A DNA stretch of 64,000 nucleotides from an uncultured Bacteroidota bacterium (lineage in GTDB: Bacteria; Bacteroidota; Bacteroidia; Bacteroidales; VadinHA17), in assembly GCA_963843415.1 (NCBI GenBank), contig CAWJKD010000002.1:770400-834399 (forward strand). Direction: 5' to 3'. Shown piece after piece: positions 19,501 through 26,661 of this stretch. A model generated the notes under the pieces. That model made no database searches and was not told where the DNA came from. It worked only from the letters and a program-made list of their open reading frames with translations. The position numbers and the translations under genes were made by a program. Position 1 is the first letter of the stretch; each line of letters begins with the position of its first letter.

Positions 19501-19542
19501 TCTTTTATCTTTTTTCTTTTTTCTTTTTTCTTTTGTCTTTAT
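19501..19542. repeat. six tandem 7-bp units (tctttta tcttttt x3 tcttttg tctttat)
   Basis: Read directly from the sequence. The last unit contains the stop codon of the SDR gene. The array lies 68-109 nt upstream of the LarA-like start. Confidence 0.85.
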
Positions 19543-20375
19543 ACACCCGAGTATGCGCTAAATCCTCCATCCACAGGAATAACAACTCCGGTAACGAACT
19601 TCGACAGGTCAGACGCGAGAAAAAGCAGTGTGCCCGTTAATTCGTCAGGGGTTCCGTATCTTTCCATAGGAGTGTTATTGATAATTTTCTTTCCGCGGGC
19701 AGTCGGTTCTCCGGTCTTTTCATCAACAAGGAGGAATCTGTTCTGATTTGTGAGAAGAAACCCGGGAGCTATTGCATTGACCCTGATTCCTGTCTTTGAA
19801 AAATGGACTGCCAGCCATTGTGTTAAATTATTAACAGCAGCTTTTGCTGAAGAATACGCTGCAATTTTTGTAAGCGGTCTGTAGGAATTCATAGATGATA
19901 TATTGATTATAACACCTGATTTCTTCTTTACCATTCCGGCAGCAAAAACCATTGTCGGGATAATTGTTCCCTTAACATTAAGGTCGAACACCTTATCGAA
20001 TCCTTCTACCTGGAGACCGAAGAATGTATCTGAAGGATTTTCAGTCCCGTCCATCTTTTCAACTTTTGTGGTTGCAGCCTGTGAATTTCCTCCGGCTCCG
20101 TTAAGTAGAATATCTACAGATCCTAATTTTGCCTCTATTTCTTTCCTTGCTTCTTCAAGCGAGCTTTTGTCAAGAACGTTAGCAGACAGGCCGATAGATA
20201 TTGTCTTAAATTCTTTCTCAATCTGCTCTGCAACTTTAAAGGCAGCATCTCTGTTTAGGTCAAGAATAGCGGTCTTAACACCCTGTGCAGCAAGTGATCT
20301 GGCCATCTCTGAACAGATTACACCGGCGCCTCCGGTCACAACTGCGACTTTATTTCTAAGATTAAGGTCGTTCAT
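19539..20375 (-). CDS. uxuB: SDR-family oxidoreductase, probable short-chain fructuronate reductase (D-mannonate oxidoreductase)
   Basis: TGGAGVICSEMA cofactor loop and YSSAK catalytic motif. Resembles the YjmF-type SDR UxuB, and the gene sits next to uxaC. I prefer the ATG at 20375 (MNDLNL...). Confidence 0.6.
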   Translation of the reverse strand: MNDLNLRNKVAVVTGGAGVICSEMARSLAAQGVKTAILDLNRDAAFKVAEQIEKEFKTISIGLSANVLDKSSLEEARKEIEAKLGSVDILLNGAGGNSQAATTKVEKMDGTENPSDTFFGLQVEGFDKVFDLNVKGTIIPTMVFAAGMVKKKSGVIINISSMNSYRPLTKIAAYSSAKAAVNNLTQWLAVHFSKTGIRVNAIAPGFLLTNQNRFLLVDEKTGEPTARGKKIINNTPMERYGTPDELTGTLLFLASDLSKFVTGVVIPVDGGFSAYSGV

Positions 20376-20409
20376 TATGTATATTTTCCTTGATTTATAT
20401 CTTATTGAT

Positions 20410-20437
20410 CCCACTTTATTTTTTTCTGTAAAGTGGG
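20410..20437 (-). terminator. hairpin downstream of uxaC (9-bp stem cccacttta/taaagtggg, 10-nt loop)
   Basis: Perfect inverted repeat 17 nt past the uxaC stop. There is no clear U-tract on the transcribed strand, so it may be only a partial terminator or a processing site. Confidence 0.4.
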
Positions 20438-20453
20438 AATTGTTATCAGAGGG

Positions 20454-21857
20454 TCATCCGTTGAATCCAAAATACTCCTTCGCATTCTTATATGAGACAC
20501 CCTCAATAAGTGGTTTCAGCAGCTCATCTTCATCCGGAATTGTTCCTTTTTCAACCTCTTCTCCCACATAATTACAAACCAGCCGCCTGAAATATTCATG
20601 GCGCGGGTAGGAGAGGAAGCTTCTGGAATCTGTAACCATTCCTATAAATCTTCTCATAAGGCCGAGAGCTGCAAGATCTTTTATATGTTTTTCCATCCCG
20701 CTTTTCTGATCCAGGAACCACCACGCAGCACCATATTGCACTTTTACTGCAGCCGATCCATCATTGAAATTACCTGCCATAGTGATCATCATCTCATTAT
20801 CTGCAGGATTCAGGTTGTAAAGTATTGTTTTGGCCAGCTGATCGGTATCATCAAGAGCGTTAAGGAATTTCGACATTTTATGGGCATCCTGAGGGACTCC
20901 TATTGAATCCCACCCTGTGTCTGGTCCCATCAGCCTGAACATCCGTGCATTATTATTCCTTAAAGCCCCAACATGAAATTGCTGTGCCCAATTCCTTTTA
21001 TGGTTTAAACGGCATAGCTCAAGCATAATGGCTGTTTTGTATTTTTCCGATTCATCACAGGACAGGATTTCTCCCTTAAGTGTTTTTTTGAATAATTTGT
21101 CAGCTTCAGCGTTTGTAAAGGAGGCAAAATAGAATCTGTCGAGACCATGATCAGAACATCTTGCTCCTGTATTATGGAAGAATTTATGCCTCTCATCAAG
21201 AGCCTCAGTAAGAGTGCGGAAATCCTTTATTTCAATATTGGCAGCTTCTCCAAGCTTTTTGATGTAAGCTTTGAATTTTGAAGGGTCTTCTGTCTTAAGG
21301 ACGTTGTCAGGCCTCCATGTCGGGAGTATCGTAACTTCAAAAGCGCCTTTGAGCTTTTTATGGTTCTCGAGTGCGTCTGCCGGATCATCAGTAGTGCATA
21401 CCACTTCAACCTTCATCATTTTTAACAGCGATCTGATGCTGTATTCTTCTGTCTGCAGCATTTCAGAAGTTTTCTTGTATATTTTTGATGCTGTTGAAGG
21501 TGACAAAAGGTCAAATATCTGAAAATATCTGGCAAGCTCAAGGTGCGTCCAGTGATAAACGGGATTTCCGACAGCTGCCGGTACAGTCTCTGCCCATTTT
21601 TTGAATTTTTCAGCATCCGGAGACTTCCCAGTGCAGTAATTCTCATTAATGCCGTTTGTTCTCATTGCACGCCATTTATAATGGTCTCCCTCAAGCCATG
21701 CCTGCGTCAGATTGTCAAACCGTCTGTCCTCTGCTATTGCTGCGGGGGATAAATGGCAATGGAAATCAATGATTGGTTGGTTTTCAGAATATTGGTGATA
21801 CAATCTTCTGGCGGTCTTGTTGCCAAGTAGAAAATCATCATGAATGAATGTCTTCAT
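20454..21857 (-). CDS. uxaC: glucuronate isomerase
   Basis: N-terminus FIHDDFLL...A..LYH...PIIDFHCHL. Length 467 aa, typical of UxaC. Confidence 0.95.
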   Translation of the reverse strand: MKTFIHDDFLLGNKTARRLYHQYSENQPIIDFHCHLSPAAIAEDRRFDNLTQAWLEGDHYKWRAMRTNGINENYCTGKSPDAEKFKKWAETVPAAVGNPVYHWTHLELARYFQIFDLLSPSTASKIYKKTSEMLQTEEYSIRSLLKMMKVEVVCTTDDPADALENHKKLKGAFEVTILPTWRPDNVLKTEDPSKFKAYIKKLGEAANIEIKDFRTLTEALDERHKFFHNTGARCSDHGLDRFYFASFTNAEADKLFKKTLKGEILSCDESEKYKTAIMLELCRLNHKRNWAQQFHVGALRNNNARMFRLMGPDTGWDSIGVPQDAHKMSKFLNALDDTDQLAKTILYNLNPADNEMMITMAGNFNDGSAAVKVQYGAAWWFLDQKSGMEKHIKDLAALGLMRRFIGMVTDSRSFLSYPRHEYFRRLVCNYVGEEVEKGTIPDEDELLKPLIEGVSYKNAKEYFGFNG

Positions 21858-21961
21858 AAGAAAATGATTTAAGGCAATTTGTTTAATTTCTGGTAGCGGG
21901 AAGTAAAATTTCAGATTAGTGAATGATGGCGAAAATAGGAATAACTATTCAATATTTAAAA

Positions 21962-21969
21962 TATATTTG
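21962..21969 (+). promoter_or_regulatory. candidate -7 box TATATTTG upstream of kduI
   Basis: Exact TAnnTTTG match 30 nt upstream of the kduI ATG, inside the uxaC/kduI divergent spacer. Confidence 0.4.
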
Positions 21970-21998
21970 TAACCAGGAGAGGTGAAAATTGATAAAAA

Positions 21999-22835
21999 AT
22001 GAAGATAGAATTAAGATATGCAGGTCATCCCCTGGATGTAAAAAGTTATGATACTGAAAGGTTAAGAAAGGAGTTCCTTATTGAGAACGTTTTCATTCCC
22101 GACGAGATAACAATGGTCTATTCTCTTTACGACCGTTATATGGTTGGAGGTGCTATGCCTGTAAAAAAATCTCTGAAACTTGAATCGGCTGATGAGCTGA
22201 AATCAACGTTTTTTCTGGAAAGAAGAGAAATGGGTATGATTAATGTCGGAGGCGCTGCTCTTGTTGAAACCAGCGAGAAGGTTTTCAAGATTGGCCATAA
22301 AGAAGCACTTTATCTGGGGCAGGGAACGAGAGATGTAGTTTTCAAATCGGTTGATCGTGAAAAACCTGCAAAGCTTTACATTAATTCTGCTCCTGCGCAC
22401 CATAAATATCCTTCAAAAAAAGTAACACTAAAGGAGGCGGAAGTTGTAGTTATGGGCAACATGGAAGGATCAAACCACAGAACCATTAATAAACTGCTGG
22501 TAAACTCGGTTGTGCAGACCTGCCAGCTTCAAATGGGTATGACTGAGCTTAAAACCGGAAGTGTATGGAATACAATGCCTGTACACACACATAACAGAAG
22601 GATGGAAGCTTATTTTTATTTCGATGTCCCGGAGAAACAAGCTATATGCCATTTCATGGGTGATCCTGATGAGACACGTCACATCTGGATGAAAAACGAT
22701 CAGGCAGTACTATCACCTTCGTGGAGCATTCATAGTGCAGCAGGGACATCGGGATATACATTCATCTGGGGAATGGCCGGAGAGAATCTCGATTATGGCG
22801 ATCAGGATATACGTTATCCCGACACTCTCAAATAA
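21999..22835 (+). CDS. kduI: 5-dehydro-4-deoxy-D-glucuronate isomerase
   Basis: 278 aa cupin protein with typical KduI blocks (YDRYMVGGAMP, HNRRMEAYFYF, WGMAGEN). Followed by kduD. Confidence 0.9.
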   Translation: MKIELRYAGHPLDVKSYDTERLRKEFLIENVFIPDEITMVYSLYDRYMVGGAMPVKKSLKLESADELKSTFFLERREMGMINVGGAALVETSEKVFKIGHKEALYLGQGTRDVVFKSVDREKPAKLYINSAPAHHKYPSKKVTLKEAEVVVMGNMEGSNHRTINKLLVNSVVQTCQLQMGMTELKTGSVWNTMPVHTHNRRMEAYFYFDVPEKQAICHFMGDPDETRHIWMKNDQAVLSPSWSIHSAAGTSGYTFIWGMAGENLDYGDQDIRYPDTLK

Positions 22836-22840
22836 TTACA

Positions 22841-22888
22841 CTCTGCGCAGCTCTGTGGAACCTAAAACGCAGAGAAACACAGAGTTTT
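22841..22888 (+). terminator. two-tier imperfect hairpin plus T-run after kduI (ctctgcg-cag-ctctgtg ... cgcagag-aaa-cacagag-tttt)
   Basis: Inner stem 22851-57/22868-74 has one G-U pair. Outer stem 22841-47/22878-84 has one mismatch. TTTT follows. Confidence 0.5.
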
Positions 22889-22899
22889 AAAAAAACTCT

Positions 22900-23694
22900 A
22901 TGAAGGAACTATTTGATCTTACAGGAAAAGTGGCCCTGATTACAGGAGGTACTCATGGAATAGGATTGGCCATTGGTATTGTTCTAGGCAAAGCCGGGGC
23001 AAAAGTATGTGTGAACGATATTCAGGACGAAAAGCTAAATAGCTGTAAAGAGGCTTTTAGTAAAGAAGGGTTGGATGTCTATACTCTGAAATTTAATGTC
23101 ACAGATGAGAATGATGTGGATCGTGGTATATATCAGATTGAGGAGAATGTAGGTTCCGTCGATATACTGGTAAACAATGCAGGAATAATAAAGCGCATTC
23201 CCATACTTGATATGGCTCTTGCTGATTATGAACAGGTAATAGATGTTGATCTTGTTGCCCCGTTTATTGTATCGAAGCGCGTTGCTCCGGGGATGATCAG
23301 GAAAAGAAGCGGTAAGATTATTAACATGTGTTCAATGATGAGTGTTTATGGCCGGAATACAATTTCAGCTTATGCTTCAGCAAAAGGAGGTTTAAAGCTG
23401 CTGACTCAAAACATGACCTGCGAATGGGCGAAATATAATGTCCAGATAAATGGAATCGGCCCGGGATATATTGCTACAGCACAAACTGCACCTATCCGGG
23501 ATAACGGGCATCCTTTCAATGATCTTGTTATGACCCGCACACCGGCAGGCAGATGGGGCGAACCTGAAGATGTAGCTTATGCAGCATTATTCCTTGCATC
23601 AAAAGCAAGCAATTTTGTTAATGGACAGGTTCTTTATGTTGATGGAGGAATCCTTGCCAACTTCGGATATGTGAAGGGGGAGAATGAAATTTAG
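22900..23694 (+). CDS. kduD: 2-dehydro-3-deoxy-D-gluconate 5-dehydrogenase (SDR)
   Basis: TGGTHGIGLAI cofactor loop and YASAKGG catalytic motif. Lies directly downstream of kduI. Confidence 0.8.
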   Translation: MKELFDLTGKVALITGGTHGIGLAIGIVLGKAGAKVCVNDIQDEKLNSCKEAFSKEGLDVYTLKFNVTDENDVDRGIYQIEENVGSVDILVNNAGIIKRIPILDMALADYEQVIDVDLVAPFIVSKRVAPGMIRKRSGKIINMCSMMSVYGRNTISAYASAKGGLKLLTQNMTCEWAKYNVQINGIGPGYIATAQTAPIRDNGHPFNDLVMTRTPAGRWGEPEDVAYAALFLASKASNFVNGQVLYVDGGILANFGYVKGENEI

Positions 23695-23704
23695 GTCTTG
23701 CAGG

Positions 23705-24541
23705 TCATTCAGAAGATATCTGTATCCCTTCCTCCCTGGCCTTACCGTTGAAATAGAGAATCGATGCAAATATCGGTAAAATGGGGAGATAAAGAGCATT
23801 AACAAGCGCCGAGAGAACCATGTAAAACGGATTGGTCATAAAATCAGCTGCCCCTGCTGCTTCTGCAGGATCTGAGAGAACTTTCAGAAAACTTCCTGAA
23901 AACGGGAGAAGGATCAGTCCGCTTAGAATTACTGAGATCACCATCATTATTATAATCATCACAGCAACCCATCCCACATTCGGCCAGAATCTTCTGTGAG
24001 TCAGCGTAATAGTACGGATTATTGCATGCCCGATATCCGGACCTTCAACAATTAATATCGGTAAAATAAAAAGGTATAAAGTTACTACATACAGCATCGC
24101 AAAAAAGATACCTATTATTAAAACAACTAATCCCAGTACCATAGCAAGCGATCCGAAAAATGAAAGAAGAACCATTATTATCAGGTATGGAATGAAGTAT
24201 CTCAGCGATCTATATATTGAAACAAAAATAGTCGTCTGGCTGTCAATCGGATTATAAATGATATAATAGTGCATTACTGTCGTAAAGAACAGACTGATAA
24301 TTGAAATTATGACCATCGGCCAGATAAATTCCCTGAGCTTTTCAACAACTTCATAGGGATCTGTAAAAGTCTGCAGCTCCTGGAAGTTAAAAGTTGATGA
24401 TAAGTAATGCGTGACTAATGACAATATGAACGAAGCGATGAACAGGAGAGGAAATTTTTTCTTATAAAACAACCATAATGAACTCATTACACTATCAATG
24501 TCATGCTCACGATACAAAGGGTGATTGTTGAAATTATCCAT
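23705..24541 (-). CDS. hypothetical polytopic membrane protein
   Basis: 278 aa ORF with about six hydrophobic segments. I recognise no catalytic motif. Confidence 0.5.
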   Translation of the reverse strand: MDNFNNHPLYREHDIDSVMSSLWLFYKKKFPLLFIASFILSLVTHYLSSTFNFQELQTFTDPYEVVEKLREFIWPMVIISIISLFFTTVMHYYIIYNPIDSQTTIFVSIYRSLRYFIPYLIIMVLLSFFGSLAMVLGLVVLIIGIFFAMLYVVTLYLFILPILIVEGPDIGHAIIRTITLTHRRFWPNVGWVAVMIIIMMVISVILSGLILLPFSGSFLKVLSDPAEAAGAADFMTNPFYMVLSALVNALYLPILPIFASILYFNGKAREEGIQISSE

Positions 24542-24571
24542 AATTTTGCATTCTTATTTTACTTACATCCA

Positions 24572-24613
24572 AACCTTTAACCTTTAAATTCCGAACCTCG
24601 AACTAACAACTCC
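24572..24613. repeat. six degenerate tandem 7-bp units (aaccttt aaccttt aaattcc gaacctc gaactaa caactcc)
   Basis: Read directly from the sequence, in the spacer between two minus-strand genes. Confidence 0.75.
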
Positions 24614-24647
24614 AGGCACTTTTGACGCTCTGGTCAATTAAATAACT

Positions 24648-25247
24648 TCATTTGCCTTTTCTCCATTCCCTTATTATGTATGAGAAAGGGAAGATATTGT
24701 TCTTTTTCCTTGGCATAAAAATTCCTTCGTTAACAGCTCTGACATCCTCGATAGTATAAAATGCCTTTGGATTAATCTCGTCAATTATTTCGATCACTCT
24801 GGCAAGTTCGTTGCGTTGAACTATTGTATAAATGAGGTTTACTTTCTCTTTTGCCCCACGGGCCTCCACGCTTGTGGCTCCATATCCCTTACTGTTCAAA
24901 CCAAGCACAAGCTCAGGCCCATTGTGGTGAGTAATGATCCTTATCAGCTGAATGCCCATCGCCAGCTTTTCTTCAATTATCATCCCGATAAAATTACCGG
25001 TTGCAAAACCTGCAGCATATGCTACATAATTAACGTAATTATCAAGGTTCTGCATTATTTTACTGATTGCCGTTATCCATATCAGTACCTCGAAAAATCC
25101 AAGGATCGGAGCAATATTTCTGTTCCCTTTTGATACAAAAATTATGCGGATGGTTCCTATTGACACATCACAGATGCGCGCGAGGAAAATTAATAATGGC
25201 ATTAATCCCAGGGTAAAGAGATTTGAATCAAAGAAGGATGTTTCCAT
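24648..25247 (-). CDS. UPF0316 / DUF2179-domain membrane protein
   Basis: The N-terminus LIFLARICDVSIGTIRIIFVSKG is characteristic of the UPF0316 family. It has three TM segments and a soluble C-terminal domain. Confidence 0.7.
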   Translation of the reverse strand: METSFFDSNLFTLGLMPLLIFLARICDVSIGTIRIIFVSKGNRNIAPILGFFEVLIWITAISKIMQNLDNYVNYVAYAAGFATGNFIGMIIEEKLAMGIQLIRIITHHNGPELVLGLNSKGYGATSVEARGAKEKVNLIYTIVQRNELARVIEIIDEINPKAFYTIEDVRAVNEGIFMPRKKNNIFPFSYIIREWRKGK

Positions 25248-25280
25248 GATTGGATGAATTTAAAAGCAACAAATATAGGA

Positions 25281-25328
25281 AGAAAGGTGCAATGGTGCAA
25301 AGGCAGAATGGCTCAATGGTACACCGGC
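25281..25328 (+). repeat. tandem array of six degenerate 8-bp units (consensus RSAAWGGY), same architecture as the 12089 array
   Basis: agaaaggt gcaatggt gcaaaggc agaatggc tcaatggt acaccggc. Lies in the divergent spacer upstream of truA. Confidence 0.85.
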
Positions 25329-25420
25329 GATTCAATCCGGCTGACCGGTATACAGATCACCTCACATCTCATGATATATTCATTAAATTCAAGTACTTTT
25401 GTTTTCATAATTACTGTTTC

Positions 25421-26200
25421 ATGTCAAGATATAAACTATCGATCGAATATGAAGGGACCCGATACAACGGATGGCAGATGCAAAAAGGAGGTAAGACCAT
25501 CCAGGGGGAAATAATGGACGCCTGCCGGGACCTGTTTAAAAGCGAAACAATTAACTTATCCGGAGCCGGCCGGACTGATGGTGGTGTACATGCTACCGGG
25601 CAGATAGCGCATTTTGATGTTGAAACTGATCTCCCATTGCTACGGATAAAGTATGGTATAAACGACAGACTTCCTCCGGATATTTGCATAAAGGATGTTG
25701 AACTTGCTGATAATCAATTTCATGCCAGGCATGATGCTGTTGCAAGAAGCTATATTTATCAGATCAGCCAGAGACGCACGGCTTTCGGGAAGAAATTTGT
25801 CTGGTGGATTAAAGATCAGCTTTCCGTCGATTTGATGAACGCCGCTGCAAAGCATTTAACAGGATTGAAAGATTTCAGGAACTTTACTGACCCTGATCAG
25901 GAACAAGCTTCGACTAAAACCAGGATCATGAATGCCGAAATCAAAGTATTCGGTGACCTTTTAATGTTTCATGTTACAGGCTCGCATTTCTTATGGAAAC
26001 AGGTCAGACGGATGACCGGCGTGCTTGTAGAAGTTGGGCGTGGAAAATTATCACCCGAAGATGTTTCCTCATTCTTCAGGGGCACAACAGATATTCCTGC
26101 AAAGCTGACAGCCCCGCCAAGCGGTTTATTCCTGGAAAAAGTCTGGTACCGGGAGGAAGATATCACTTATAATGCTCAACCAGTCATAAATCTTCTTTAG
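25421..26200 (+). CDS. truA: tRNA pseudouridine(38-40) synthase
   Basis: YKLSIEYEGTRYNGWQ and the catalytic block GAGRTDGGVHATGQIAHF. I chose the ATG at 25421. The upstream part of the ORF is repeat DNA. Confidence 0.9.
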   Translation: MSRYKLSIEYEGTRYNGWQMQKGGKTIQGEIMDACRDLFKSETINLSGAGRTDGGVHATGQIAHFDVETDLPLLRIKYGINDRLPPDICIKDVELADNQFHARHDAVARSYIYQISQRRTAFGKKFVWWIKDQLSVDLMNAAAKHLTGLKDFRNFTDPDQEQASTKTRIMNAEIKVFGDLLMFHVTGSHFLWKQVRRMTGVLVEVGRGKLSPEDVSSFFRGTTDIPAKLTAPPSGLFLEKVWYREEDITYNAQPVINLL

Positions 26201-26226
26201 TCACCGGATATATTCACCTCTGCCGC

Positions 26227-26661
26227 CTATTTAGTATATTTCAGTTTGAGGTCAACAACCTTATCGTAAATGAAATAACAAGGATCTTCACATTGGTCCT
26301 CGGCATATTTTACCCTGGGCATTACAGAATTGACAGTAATATAATTATTTCCCTCATAAAAATAAGTTGCGGTTAAAGTAAATCTTTTATTTATAGGGAC
26401 CGATCGTTGAATATTTGATGATAAGGTTAAAAATGATTCGTAAAGAAGATTGTCTTCTACATTTCCTTCATATATATTTATAAGTATCTCACTACCTGTC
26501 TTTTCTGTTCTTATGTCGAGGAGTGCTGTCTCAGGTTTATTTGTCAGACATTCAGAGCAATTGACAAAATATTGTTCCATGTCCTCGCATGAAAAACTGA
26601 TAATTAAAACGATGAACAGAAGAATTCTCTTTACGGGTTTCGAATGATTTCTTAATACCAT
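26227..26661 (-). CDS. hypothetical lipoprotein
   Basis: Signal peptide with a lipobox-like IISFSC. The start overlaps the stop of the upstream ankyrin gene by 10 nt. Confidence 0.5.
   Translation of the reverse strand: MVLRNHSKPVKRILLFIVLIISFSCEDMEQYFVNCSECLTNKPETALLDIRTEKTGSEILINIYEGNVEDNLLYESFLTLSSNIQRSVPINKRFTLTATYFYEGNNYITVNSVMPRVKYAEDQCEDPCYFIYDKVVDLKLKYTK

Noticed and set aside
19501-19542. Classical phase-variation (contingency) locus
   Set aside because: Only three of six units are identical and the array is not inside a reading frame. Slippage-based on/off switching is unsupported without read-level heterogeneity. I kept it only as a low-level possibility in the findings.
19903-20571. 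222-aa ORF on the plus strand
   Set aside because: It lies antisense to the SDR (uxuB-like) gene and the uxaC 3' end. The translation is low-complexity (Ser/Pro/Thr/Leu-rich) with no motif, which is typical of a shadow ORF opposite a real gene.
25250-25420. N-terminal extension of truA given by the ORF track (start at 25250)
   Set aside because: The extension is encoded by the 8-bp repeat array and yields repeat-like peptide (KGAMVQRQNGSMVHRR). The conserved TruA N-terminus begins at the ATG at 25421.
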